Shown: in pieces, positions 1-12,905 of the stretch
Layout: the number at the start of each line of letters is the position of its first letter
Numbering within the stretch: position 1 is the stretch's first letter
Assembly (NCBI RefSeq): GCF_018977255.1
Contig: NW_024704742.1
Span: 83,578,001 to 83,642,000 of the forward strand
Reading direction: 5' to 3'
Source of the DNA: Callorhinchus milii
Lineage: Eukaryota
Length of the DNA: 64,000 nucleotides
Made by a program: the position numbers and the translations under genes
Notes under the pieces: generated by a model
Told to the model about the DNA's origin: nothing
Seen by the model: only the letters and a program-made list of their open reading frames with translations
The model's database searches: none

Positions 1-470
1 CCTGTGGAGGGAGGAGTTGGGGAGGCCGACAAGCATTGAGTTTGCATAGTCAAGCCTGGATGTTATGAAAGGGTATATGAGGGTTTCGGCGACCTGCGAT
101 GTGAGACAGTGGCGGAGCCGAGTGATATTGCGGAGGTTGGGGAAGGCAGAGCAGGACATGTCACAGATGTGGGGTAGAAATGATAGTAGAGGGTCAAACA
201 AGACGTCAAGTTCCGGACTGGCTCAGTAAGATGGAGTGTGCAACCATGGATGGTGATGCTGTCAGTGCCTGAGGTGTGGAGGCGCTGACGGGAGCCAATC
301 AGGAGAGCCTCGGCCTTGTTGACCTTCAACTGGAGAAAGTTAGCTCTCATCCAGGACTTGATGTCTGACAGACATTCTGTCAGGACAGCAGCGGTCCTGG
401 AGTCAAGGGTGGAGGCAGAGAGATAGAGTTGTCACCGGCAAACATGTGGACGTTGACCATGTCTGTTAAT
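1..470 (-). mobile_element. L2-clade LINE ORF2 fragment (end of RT)
   Basis: Minus-strand translation WMRANFLQLKVNKAEALLIG; near-identical to the copy at 3.7-4.3 kb. Confidence 0.88.
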
Positions 471-1594
471 AGGAGCTAAGTGGGGAGAATCCATGCCTCT
501 AATGATCCGCCCTTCCAAGTCCTGCTGACGAGTCAGGCAACTTTGTCTATCAACATTGCCTTGGAGCAATACGGACCCACCTGACTCAGGAACTAGACTA
601 CCAACTGGACTACCTATAGTTTGCCTGTATTTTGATTGATGCACTCGTGAAAACAAAACAGAAAAGATGATTTTTTTTTAAAAAACGCTCTCCATCTAGT
701 GGTCATTGCATACGATGCAGCCTCATTCTCCCTCATAACAATGCTAAATGAGAACGGGTGTAATAGACGCCCATCTCGAACATTGCTAATCGTTTTTGTT
801 ATATGTCATTAAAAGGTTCTGTTCCATAGGAACATATGAATGCATAGAAAAGATCACTAAATCCGCTTTTTCCACAAGGCATACAAAACTTACCCTAGGA
901 CTCTTCTCCCTATATCCTAGTAAAAACTCTATTACTCAACTCTACAACAACTTCATTTACGGTGGCATTGCCAGATGCCAAGCAAGGGAGAAGACGAACG
1001 TGACCTTAGGTGGTTTTAAGGTGTGATTTCAAGACAGATAGAGAGGGGAGAACAGAGGAATAGAGGCAGGGAGTTCCAGATGCTAAGGGCATAATGACTG
1101 AAGGCTTTTGCCAGCTGATGGGGTCACAGAGGGAACAGGAGATGCGCAGCAGGCCCATGTCAGCTGAGTAGAGGAGGTTTACTCGACATCCTAAACCACA
1201 AATCAACAAAAGAATGTTCAACTTATATTTGCACAATTCAACCCTGGCCTACTTTCCTCACCAAATAATGTGCCCTTTACCTGCTCCAGCTCTATATCAC
1301 ACAGCTGAAATTCCACCTAATCTTAGCCTGTAATCAACAGTGCCCTGAAATACTACGGACCGCCTGGCTCAGAAACCGAGACCACCACAAAGGATTGGCT
1401 CAATTCCGGCTTGAGCATGCAAATTCCATTGCAACAATCTGTCTCTGGGATTTCCATGTGTAGGTGGGATGCATGGAATCCTCAGTTTGGTTCGGATACT
1501 CTTGATAGTATGTGTCGGACACCTGGCTGATCAAACATAAACTTAGCCTTTAAGATAATTTTGTCTTAAAGTCTTAAAGTCTTAAAGCCTGTGC

Positions 1595-1778
1595 CAAATA
1601 TACAGTCAATTCACTTTACAGTATATTCTGTGAAGCGCTTTGGGACGTCCTCCCGACGTGAAAAGCGTTATATCAAATGCAAGGATTATTATTATTATTA
1701 TTTACAGTATATTCTGTGAAGCGCTTTGGGACGTCTAGAAGACGTGAAAAGCGCTATATCAAATGCAAGGATTATTAT
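1595..1778 (+). mobile_element. Two tandem 3' tails of the tRNA-derived SINE
   Basis: Two successive tttacagtatattctgtgaagcgctttgggacgtc..gacgtgaaaagcg..atatcaaatgcaagg(att)n units. Confidence 0.9.
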
Positions 1779-2026
1779 AAATGGCATCATAATTTGGAAG
1801 CAGAATAACAGGTACCAAATTCAAATTCAATTTAACAATTGAATCTTGAATTTTAAGGTTTGCTGGTTTTACCAGCTACAACTAGGTGGAATTTCAAAAC
1901 TATTTTTTTCTTGACGTATTTTTCATCTCAGGGTTCATCTATTTCTCATATTAATGGTATGACAATTTTTAGGTCAATTCCAAGTTCACAAGAAATACTC
2001 AGATGAAAAAGAGCATTTGATTCAAA

Positions 2027-2500
2027 TAATAATACTAATCATTGCATCTGGTATAGCACATTTCACGTCATGATGATTCCCAAATGCTTCACAGGATATA
2101 CTGTAAAGTGTAGTCACTGTGTATTTGTAGATAAACACAGCAGCCTATTTGTGCTCACAAACAGTGAATTTTATTTTGGATGATTGTTGGCCAGGAAACG
2201 GGGAGAAACTCACTTCTCTTTTCCAACAGTGCCATAGGATCTTTAATGTCCACTCAAACAGGCAGACGAGACCTCAGTTTAACGTATTATCCAAAGGATG
2301 GCACCTCCAACAATACAACACCCCCAGGACTGCATCGGGTGATTGTCAGCGCTTTGAGACGTCCTTCCGACATGAAAGGCGCTCTATAAATGTAATTATG
2401 TTGTTGTTTGTTGTTGTTGTTGTCAGCCTAGACTATGTGAATACAAAGTCTGGAAATTTTGAGCCACAACCTTCTGACTCAGAGGCAAGAGTGCCACTGA
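2027..2500 (-). mobile_element. Old SacSINE1/Deu-like SINE with a nested 69-bp opposite-strand tail insertion (2351-2419, TSD ttgtcagc)
   Basis: gtgccataggatctttaatgtccac...cacaaccttctgactcagaggc resembles the recalled SacSINE1 consensus and other copies in the window. Confidence 0.75.
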
Positions 2501-2934
2501 TTGTGTTAGGCCTGTGCCAAATCTGCATCCGCCTACAAGGTATCGTAGGTATCGATTACCCTTCATAAACACTTCATTTTACCTCTCTTCTGCTTCCCCA
2601 ACAAGGGCCAGAACTCAGCCAGACAATATTACTAGAATACTGCTCTGTCTCTGATCATAAGAAGACAAGATATCAATAATCATGACACGTTAACAAATCA
2701 AGAGTTTGCAAAAGTTTATTTGATTCTTACAGATGTATTATTAATTTTGCTGCACTGTGCCAAAATTGATAGAATCGAATAAAATAATATGGAAAATACT
2801 AAAGGCTTACTGAGTTCCAGATTTTACATAAGACACTACTGAACTCTTTAATACAGACCTTTATAAATTATACAATGCAGATCTTGGAGTCTTTCTTAAT
2901 CTCTCCTATATTCAGTGCTGTATTACAATACAAT

Positions 2935-3305
2935 ACAAAATTAAATTTGTAAAGCACCTTTCACGTCAGGAGGACATCCCACGGCGCTGAACAGTCAGAG
3001 ATTAATAATAATATTAATCTTTGCATTTGATATAGTGCTTTAGGACCCAAGCGGGATGGGAGTGGGGTTAGGATTAGGGAGGGTGGAGGGCAAAGAGGGG
3101 GGAGGGTGGCCGAAGGCACAGTCGAAGAGGCATACTTAGAAGGAGGCAAGGGAGGGATCGAGGCAAAGAGAATGTGGGATGGAGTTCCAGAGGAGTAGAG
3201 AGGCTGATGGCCCGACCGCCAATGGTGGGGTGGGCCGGTCGGGGGGCATGGACAAACCAGAGCCTGTTGATTGGAGGGAGCCGACAGGTTGATAAGGGGT
3301 TAGTA
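2935..3305 (-). mobile_element. L2 LINE 3' end fragment
   Basis: LWNSIP motif on the minus strand and the L2 tail cctttcacgtcaggaggacatccc. Confidence 0.75.
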
Positions 3306-3624
3306 ATCTCTTTTTGTTACATCTCCCTCTTACTATAGATTCTTTCAAGTCATGGCTGTACAAAATGATTGCTCTTTCATGGGAATAGTTTGTTGGTAAT
3401 TGTAGAGAATGTGCTTGGCTCTCAGATACTTCAGGTTTATAATAATCCTTGCATTTGACATAATGCTTCATCAAATCATCAAAACATCTCAAATTGCTTA
3501 ACACCATTTTATTTTTAAAGTGTAGTGACAATGTATTTGCAGGTGAATGAGGCAGCCAATTTATACACAGCAATGTCCCACAAACAGTCATGGAGTAAAT
3601 AACCAATTTTATTGTTCGATTCTT

Positions 3625-4705
3625 ACAACTTGAAGGCCTACCCACTAATGATGGGGCGGGCGAGGCGGGGGACAGCAGAGAGCAGGCAGGTTGGTAGGGA
3701 GTTAGAAGGTCCCAGAAATAGGGGGGAGCAAGGCTAAGGAGGGCTTTGAAGGTGAGGACCAGGATCTTGAACTGTATCCTCTGTGTGATGGGAAGCCAAG
3801 GATAGGGATGATAAAGTTACAGAGTCTGGTGTGGGAGAGGACACGGGCTGCAGAGTTCTGGATGATCTGCAGCCTATGGAGGGAGGAGTTGGGGAGGCCA
3901 ACAAGCAGAGAGTTTGCATAGTCGAGCCTGGATGTTTTGAATCCGTGTATGAGGGTTTCGGCAGCCTCCGGTGTGAGACAGTGACGGAGCCGGGCGACAT
4001 TGCGGTGGTGGGGGAAGGCAGAGCGGGTCGTGACATGAATGTGGGGTAGAAAGGATAGTTGAGGGTCATACAAGATGCCAAGGTTCTGGACTGGCTCAGT
4101 GAGGTGGAGTGTGCATGCTTGGTTGGTGATGCTGTCAGTGTCTGAGATGAGGAGGCGCTGACGGGAGCCATCAGGAGGGTCCTAGAGTTGAGGGTGGAGG
4201 CAGAAAGATAGAGTTGGTTGTCATCCGCATACATGTGGAAGTTGACCCCATGTCTGCGGATGATGTCACCAAGAGGGAGCATATAGATATTGAAGAGGAG
4301 GGGACCAAGGACAGAGCCCTGAGGAACACCACACAAGACAGTGTGGGGGCTAGAGGAGAAACGGTTTGTGGCGATGAAGTGGAGACAGTGTGAGAGGTAT
4401 GATCTGAACCATTCAAGGATAGAACTATAAAGGTTAAGGTGAGAGGAGAGCGATGTGGAGGAGGATAGAGTGGTCAATGGTATCGAAGGCAGCAGAAAGG
4501 TCAAGGAGGACGAGGAGGCAGATGTCATCTGTCACTTTGATCAAAGCTGTTTCTGTACTGTAGGTGGCACGGAAACCCAATTGGAGGGGTTTGTGAAGGG
4601 AGTGGTAGGAGAGGGAGGAGTGAAGCTGGAAAGCAATGACTCATTCCAGTGCCTTAGAAAGGAAAGGGAGATTGGAGATGGGGCGGTAATTTGAGAGCAG
4701 ATGGG
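3625..4705 (-). mobile_element. L2-clade LINE ORF2 fragment with RT domain (frameshifted, internally deleted)
   Basis: GVPQGSVLGPLLFNIYMLPLGDIIRRHGVNFHMYADDNQLY and SRLDYANSLLVGLP...LQIIQNSAAR. Confidence 0.93.
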
Positions 4706-4859
4706 TCCATAGATGATATGAGTTCGAAGTCAGGTACCACGGGAACTTTAATGTGCACCTTGAAGGGCACCCCTTGAACTACTAGGGCGGATGCTCACCT
4801 TGTGACACGGGGCAACTATCAGGTTGGAGACATCAGTGTGCCGCGAACCCTGAAACCGA

Positions 4860-5680
4860 TTCTGTGTGAAGACTGACAGTGCAGATTCAATGACTGCCAA
4901 TTTAGCCAAGGACTTTCTTGCTTCTACAGCTAAGGTAGTAAGAAAACTGAAGCTACAGACTGCATCCCTGAAGTTGGACCCTGTTGTCAGAGTAATCCCA
5001 AAGAGAAGGAGAACTATTAAGCAAATGCAGAAGGCCTTTAAAGTCATTTTGGAACCTTTCTTGGAGCAAGCTATGACTGGCATTCTATGATTAAGCTCGG
5101 CACAAAGCCAAGAAGTTATTAGAGAAATAAGTGGGCCCAATGTGTGGCTTCACTCCAAAGAGGGGTGCAACTACACAAGAACAATCCCAAATCTTTCTTT
5201 CACTGACTAAAGTCTGTCTTCAGTCATAGCTGGAGGTAGCAGTATTGAACAAGTTCTACATAAGACCAATAAGAGTATCATTGGGGCCTGCAGGTAGCGT
5301 TATGTGGAATTGGGATCTGACCCAACAGGCCATACATAGCACAGATCCATCTGCATGGAGGATGGAAGAGCTGGCGGAAGGTGTGAAACAGATTGAAGAC
5401 CTTAATGACACAATTTGTTGGGAGAGGTGGACTCCACACTTTAGTGCTTTGCAAATAGCAAGGTGGCAGATGCTGACGCCATTAATGCTGAGTTTCTAAA
5501 AGCTGCTCTGAGGGAGGAGATGGAGAATGGAAAGGATCTTTTTGATCCAAGCCAAGAACCTCTAACTCACCTTGGAACTGCCCTCCTAACATTATCCAGC
5601 ATGTCTATCCATCTCCAAGATCCATTTAAGGGTCAACGGTGAACTCACGAAGCCCAGCCTTCTTGAAAGGGGGGGGAGCC
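4860..5680 (+). mobile_element. Highly decayed non-LTR retrotransposon ORF2 fragment, not one of the L2/CR1 families seen elsewhere in the window
   Basis: Frameshifted motifs DLNDTICWE/EVDSTL..ANSKVADADAINAEFLK (cf. KAPGPDGIPAEFLK) and LRVNGELTKPSLLERG (cf. VNGxxSxPxxxxRGVRQG). Confidence 0.45.
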
Positions 5681-6936
5681 TGTCCATTGTTACCCACCCT
5701 ATTTAAAGTATTCTAAGCACGCTTAAGATGCTACCCTGCATGGAGGGTGCTATATAAGTGCAAGTTGTTGTTGCATTCATCAATGACTCACTGGGAGTAG
5801 GGAATCTTCCCACACAGCTCCAGTTAACCCTAAAAGCCATAGCCTTAATGGGTGGAATGGTTATGGCTGGACAAGTAGTGAGAAAGCTTGCCAGACAGTT
5901 CTTTCAATAACAAACTATGTGGTTTTAGCTGGTTGGACTCCAGCACTAACCCCAAAACACACCAAGGGGTCCCCAAACCTTGGATCTTGCCAACCTGCAC
6001 CAAATACTCTGAGGAATTGGGTAAGCAGGCTGCATCCTTCCACGGAGAAAGTGCATTCCATTCATATAAATATCTCTAAAATTTACATGGTTGTACATGT
6101 ATGTAAATTTGGGATCCAAGGAATTCTCAGTTTTGTTTTAAGCATGGATACTTTTAAGCATGGCGATGGGTTTCTGCAGCTGTCAGACACCTGACCTCAG
6201 TTTAACATCTCATCCAAAGGATGGCACCTCCAACAATACAGTGCTCTCTTCACTGTCAAGAATGGCAGAGAAGCAAGAGAAGTCAATAAATGGTTAATTG
6301 ACTCCACGTTTGGATTTTAAACCTTGGTATTGCAGAAATAAGGAATGAATGAGATAACAAGTTCCACAGAATCGAGGTCCGAATAAAGAATGAATCAGTA
6401 CTGCGTAAATGCTTACGTGTATAAATTGTATTTGCTCTTATTTAGTCAACATTTTGTTAAAATAGGAGAAACAGAGTGATAGAGACCAAGGTTGAATTAA
6501 GAACATAGGAAAATGGCCTGTTCATCAGTTTATTAGAGCTGGGCAGATCATTCAATCCCAACACAAAACAGTATAACACACATTCTGAGTTACATTGTCA
6601 ACCAGACATAACTGTGTACAGTTTTTGGAAATAAGTTATTTTCCAAACAAAAAATGTTATATGGGATAGTTTATCATATCTAAAAGACTTTGCAAAAAGA
6701 TTGTTATTGTTAGCAATCAGCGTATGGTATACCCACTGGGTGAAAAGTAACTCCAGTTGTATAATTTTGATTTAAGTTATTTCACTGTTTTGTACTAAAA
6801 CTATAAATCTGTTTTTTGGGGGGGGGGTTCAGACACTGGCTATTCTTTCTGGAGCAGCCCCACAATCACCCTCTCCCCACCGTTTGGGCATTAAAAACAA
6901 CAAGCAACTTGCATTTATACAGCACCCTTCATATTT

Positions 6937-7256
6937 GAATAATAATAATCCTTGCGTTTGATGTAACACCTTAGCATGTTGTCAAGACATCTCAAAGTGC
7001 TTCACAGGATGTACTGTAAAGAGACTGTGTTTTGTGGGTAAAACGCGGCAGCCAAATGCACACACAGTGTCCCACAAACACTCATGTATTGAGTGACCAT
7101 ATTATGATTATTATTATTTTTTCCTACTTACTGCTAGGTAAACAAAGGTGTGTGTGTGTGGAGTAAGGAAACTTGCCTAAGGTTTCGCCCTGCCTGGAAA
7201 TCAAACCCAGGTCCTCTCGCTTGCTAGGCGAGTGCGCTAACCACTATGCTACAAGG
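6937..7256 (-). mobile_element. tRNA-derived SINE, near full length
   Basis: (aat)n ccttgc tail to gctaaccactatgctac head. Confidence 0.85.
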
Positions 7257-8107
7257 CATAAAGTCTCAGAGCACTTCACACTGGTGGGGTTGGACACCAA
7301 GCAAGGAAGAAGTAGGAGGTGACCATAAGTGTGGTCTAAGAGGTAGCTTTTAAGCTGGAATAAAGACCAGAATAAAACCCTCCACTTTGGTTAGCAGAAT
7401 GTGAGGATCAGTGTATGAAAGGTGTTAGTTTACAACTTGAGATACCCGATCAGTAGAACACAAGGATCTATGATTAAGGTTGGCTTACAATTAGACTGCG
7501 CGAAGCTAACAAATTTTTCTACCGATTTAGTGTATCACCTAAAATCATCATTCTACTTCCTATCTCCTTTGTGCAAATTACATTATTAAAGTAACCAAAA
7601 GCTCTCTATTCATTTCAACACAAGCTAATATAATCAATCAGTTGGTTTATTTCTGATTCCACAAACTACCTTAAAGATCATGTTTGATACATAGTGCTTA
7701 TGCTATATTACTACATACTGTATTTCAGTTACATACTTTCAAGGACATTCTCATGAAACAAAGTTAATCTGCAGGTGATGCTACAGAGATACAAATAAGC
7801 AAGCCCAGAAAGTGGAGAGGAAACGCAGCTGAAGAACCAAGACCATCTGCTCTTAAAGAGGCTCCAGATGTATTACATGGTAGCTTTGGTGTCTTCCAAA
7901 TAAGGAAAGAGTTTATCTGCCCTACTCTTTGTTGTGGTTGACTTCCTGTGACAAGCTGGTACAGGTGTCTAACCAAATTAGTTTCCATCAACAAAGATGC
8001 ACTAAATAATTTCTTCCTCCATTAATTACCATTCACTGGATTTTCCCCTCCTGCCAGGTTCATTATGAATGGAAAATAATTCCACCCATTGCCTTCAAAC
8101 ATCTAAC

Positions 8108-8477
8108 ATCCTGTAGCTTAGTGGTTAGAGCACTCGCCTCGCAAGAGAGAGATCTGGGTTCTATTCCCAGAAGGGTGAAATGTTGTGCAAGTTTCCTTAC
8201 TCCGCTTGTCTCTGTTTACCAAGCAGTAAGTAGGAACTCAGTTGTTAGTCGATTGGTGGATCGCTTTTCCGGGGGTAATAATTTCTTTTTAAAAAAATTG
8301 GTCACTCAATCCACAACTGTTTGTGGGTCACTGCTGTGCACAATTGGCTACTGCATTTCGCCCACAAAATATACAGTCAATTCAGTACAATATACTCTGT
8401 GAAGAGCTTTTAAATGTCTTGAAGATGTGATGAAGCGCTACATCAAATGCAAGGATTATTATTATTATTATTATTAT
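8108..8477 (+). mobile_element. tRNA-derived SINE, long subfamily, full length
   Basis: A box tagcttagtgg, B-box-like gggttctattcc, central ctgtttaccaagcagtaagtagg segment, (att)n tail. Confidence 0.9.
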
Positions 8478-9268
8478 CCTCATCTGTACCAAACTCTGCG
8501 TGCTCCATTGTCTTCCTGTCTCCCAAAGGATTGATTTAAGATTTTCACCCTCAACAGTAGATCCGTTCACACCCTACTTTGTGCAGTTTCATTGCCCTAT
8601 ATATAAAGTCTCTCAGAGAAATGGAAGGGATTCAGAATCGATTTTTATATTGACACCAGAGGTAAGAGGATATAGTTAGAACAATAATAATCATTGCCAT
8701 TGATCCAGGACCATCGACATCAGGAGGTGTCTCAAAGTGCTTCATAAGATTCACTGTAAATTGTAGTGATTGAGTATTTTGTAGGCAAACAAGACAGTTA
8801 TGATTCCAATTGTGATAAAAGACGTTTGGTTGCCCAGCACTGGTTGCAAATATGGAGAATAAATGGGGACTTTGTGAAAGTGAATTGCCATGGCTCGCTG
8901 TTCCTGACACCACCTGAAGAAACTGGTTTGATGGCTTCACACCTCCATTGTAAAAATACACTGGGCTCGCTCTGCCATGTTCAAGGAAAACAGCTTTTTA
9001 AAATTCTGTGATTTCTGTTTCACCACAACACGGCCATGCTCTATCTACTGTTAGGGGTTGGTTTATTTATACTTAGATGAATATACATTGTGACCTCCAG
9101 AACTCAGCAACAATAAACAATATCCCTAGAACGTAGACAAAAATATAAAATTAGCAAAATTAACTCAAAATAATCAAATTTAACTCATTTTGTTTATCAA
9201 ATAGTCCTTTAAGTTAAAATTCCTTCCATATGAATAAACACCTTTCATGTGAGGTGGATGTCTCAAAG

Positions 9269-9735
9269 CAACAACAACAACTTGGATTTATATAGCGCCC
9301 TCCACGCCGAACGGCGTCTCAGAGAGCTTCACAGTAACGGATCCCGGGGCATAGTGGCTGAAGGCACGGCCGCTGAGGGTGGAGCGGAGGACTCGGGGGA
9401 CAAGGAGAAGGCCACACCCGGAGGAACGAAGACAACGGGTACTGTGTTGAGGAGAGAGGAGGTCAGAGAGGTAGGGAATGCAGAAGAGTGCAGGGACTTG
9501 AAGACAACGGTGAGGATCTTGAAGTCGATCCTCTCTGGGACAGGCAGCCAGTGCAGTCTGGCAAGGACTGGGGTGATCGGGGAGTGGAGTTTGGTGCGGG
9601 TGAGAATGCGGGCGGCAGAGTTTTGGATGACCTGGATTTTATGGATGGTAGTGGAGGGGAGACCGACGAGAAGGGCATTTGAATAGTCCAGCAGAGAGGT
9701 GACAAAGGCATGGACCAGGGATTCAGTGGCTTTTG
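9269..9735 (-). mobile_element. L2 LINE 3' fragment with (TTG)n tail
   Basis: HAFVTSLLDYSNALLVGLP...LHWLPVPERIDFKIL. Confidence 0.9.
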
Positions 9736-12278
9736 GATTCACTGTAAAGTGCAGTGACTGTATTTTGTAGATAACACCCAATGTGTGCACAGCAATGTTC
9801 CATAAATAGCTATGAGGTGAATGACCAATTATAACTGTTTGGGGGGATTATTGAACAAGACATTGGGAGAAACCTCTTCCCTTTGAGTAGTGCTATGGGA
9901 TAAAATTCACCTGAATAGGCAAATGGGAGCTCATTTTAACATCCCATCTGAAGAATGTAATTTATTGTTATTGTTAAATGCAATCCTTTAAAATCAGTGC
10001 AGATTTCCAGCTTGTTTAATCTCACAATCATCACTGGTCTGGATACTCAGCCTGTAAGTTTACACACAGGGACAAGCACTTCTGTTTTGACACAACATCA
10101 AATGCTGTTCTAAGAAGCTTCTGCAATATTATAGGAATCTTGTGTCACACTGGATCTAATTCAATGTGTTGTGTTCCTTGTAGGCAAACAGTCCTTGAAA
10201 CAATAACTGTCCAATAAATCAGTCAGGCTTTACAGTTAAATTGTTAACCAGATTTGCATAATGATATGGCCCATTTGTTACCAACAAGTTCAGAAAGTTC
10301 AGCTTCTGACATTATTCTGGTGGGAACATTTTTATCCAGCACTTGGAAATCAAGACTGGGTGAGGTTTATCTGTGATACAGTTCACACTATTTTGCCTGA
10401 CATAAATATATGTCTTCTAAAGTTGTTGTACATTATCGGTTTATCTTTGGTGCTTTAAAGGGAGAGACCATGCGATTTCCCATGACATTTAGGGATTCTC
10501 TCAGAGAGCCTGTAAATTGCCAATTGCTTTATATTCTACCTGAAACTTGATATGAATGTTATCATTGACTTTCATTATCACGATTAACTGGTTTGGGACA
10601 ATTTTCCACTCTGTTGGCTGCCTGCTTATGTATGTGTACCCATTAATATCCATCTATGTCTTCTATAGACAATTGTTTATTTTGCTCTTTTAATAATAGT
10701 GAGTCTTTCAGCTCACCAAAATTATAAATATTTGGAGGTATTTCCAAATTGTAGCAATTAATCAATACAGTAATCACTTGATTTGATTTCTTGAATTGAT
10801 ACCTAGTGCTTCATAGATGATTCTTGGAATAATGACTAGATAACAAAATTCACAATTTACAATATATTCTGTGAAGTGCTGTGAGATGTCTCAACAACGT
10901 GACAAGGAGCTGTATCAAATGCAAGGACTATTATCATTATTATACCATAAGACGTGTTTTAAAGTTGACCTTATAGATGCTTAATGGGATGGAAAGACCT
11001 AAACCAAAAATCTAAGGAAACAGGACAGGAGAGCACAGGTACAGGGCAGTAAGGGACACTTAGAGGACATAAATGAGTAAGTATTTATTTATACATGCAG
11101 AGGATAACCAATACTGTAGTTGGAACTGGTTACAGTGGAGGCGGGGTGTTAAAGCCTGGGATGCTGTTAGGAAAAAGGGTGATGCTGTGTAATGGAAAAA
11201 ATGTAGGACAGGTATTCTTGAAACAAGAGGTCGCAATACCATACTTGTTATTGAAGTGCAGCATCAGATTAAACCAAACTGCTGTCGGGCTATTTGCATG
11301 TAGTTAAAGATCCCATCACTCTTTTCAAAAAGAGAAGGGAGTTTCTCCTTGTATTCTCGTCACCAATTCTCCAGATACATTTTCCAGTCACATTCTGAGA
11401 CTTTGCTGGAACCATAACTGTTGTACCTGGACTGCAGACATTGCCACTCCTCTTGGCAGTAGCAGATTGTGAAGTACTGACCTTTTGAAACATTTCAACA
11501 CGATAAAGTGCTGTTAAAGTGCTGTTAAAGTGCAAGCTCGTCATTCCTTACCACTCTCTGGCACAGCACGTTGAATGCTCCAGGTGCACAGCAGCGTCGC
11601 TCGTGGTTATTTTGCTGTTTAATTCACATTTAACGAATTAATAATATCAGCTCACACAAATGACAAGCGTTTGCACCGTTCTTCCACACCGCAGCCGTTA
11701 ACTTATATCCCGTAGCAATCTCTAGTTCCACGGAATCTAATTCCCAATCGAATTTGGTTCAAGCCAACATCTTGGGGAGAGGTGAAAGTCAGATCGAAAC
11801 TGAACGCGAAGGCATCTCCGCTGATTTGACTGATGTGTAAAGCTTTAGGACCACATCAGTCGGGGGAACAGGGTATCCGGGGCTGACTCTGGGTCACTGG
11901 GGTTTATCTTTGACCCAGAAGTCACGCCAGTAACTAACTATGGTGTTGGCAAGTTATTTTTCTCACTTATATTCTGCTTATCGATCACCACAGGATGATC
12001 TGTGCTCATTTTTATTTACCCCCTTCTGCAATATACACGTTAAGCCGTCGGCTTTCCTGGGGTGTGGGGACAGATGACCTGTTCACCAAAGTGCTGCGAT
12101 GGTGATGCACAACAACGTGAGCATTGCACACCATGAGATTGCGTTGATCCACAATAACCAGAGAGTGCTCTGGATTCAGCTCATTCTGCTGAAGCCTCTC
12201 ATATCTGCTCCTCTTTCTCTTGGGAAGGGACCGACCGACACCTGTAGAGTGCACAAGTGTTAGTTATATGTATCCCAC

Positions 12279-12905
12279 TGTCTGTGTGTGTCTGTGTGTG
12301 TGTGTCGGTGTGTGTGTGTCTGTGTGTGTGTGTGTGTGTGTCTGTGTGTGTGTGTGTGGTGGGGGGGGGCTGTGTGTGTATGTGTCTGTGTGTGTGTCTG
12401 TGTGTGTGTCTGTGTCTGTCTGTGTGTCTGTGTGTGTCTGTGTGTGTGTGTGTGTCTGTGTCTGTGTGTGTGTGTGTCTGTGTGTGTGTCTGTGTGTCTG
12501 TGTGTGTGTGTCTGTGTGTGTGTGTGTCTGTGTGTGTGTGTGTGGTGGGGGGGGCTGTGTGTGTATGTGTCTGTGTGTGTGTCTGTGTGTGTGTCTGTGT
12601 GTGTCTGTGTGTCTGTGTGTGTCTGTGTGTGTGTGTGTGTCTGTGTCTGTGTGTGTCTGTGTGTGTGTCTGTGTGTCTGTGTGTGTGTGTCTGTGTGTGT
12701 GTGTGTCTGTGTGTGTGTGTGTGGTGGGGGGGGGGGCTGTGTGTGTGGGTGTGTGTGTGTCTGTGTGTGTGTGTGTGGTGGGGGGGGGCTGTGTGTGTAT
12801 GTGTCTGTGTGTGTGTCTGTGTGTGTGTCTGTGTGTGTGTGTGTGTCTGTGTGTGTGTGTGGTGGGGGGGGGGCTGTGTGTGTGGGTGTGTGTGTGTGTG
12901 TGTGT
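12279..12905. repeat. (GT)n/(GTGTCT)n compound microsatellite with G-run interruptions
   Basis: Directly visible; higher-order subunit gtggtggggggggctgtgtgtgt recurs. Confidence 0.98.

Noticed and set aside
5125..5160. Minus-strand PHIGP resembling the GLDC exon 1 RHIGP motif
   Set aside because: Wrong strand, and the flanking residues (FGVKPHIGPTYFS) do not match GLDC
7774..7940. Exon-like open frame after ctgcag (DATEIQISKPRKWRGNAAEEPRP...)
   Set aside because: No recognisable homology, weak splice context, no partner exons
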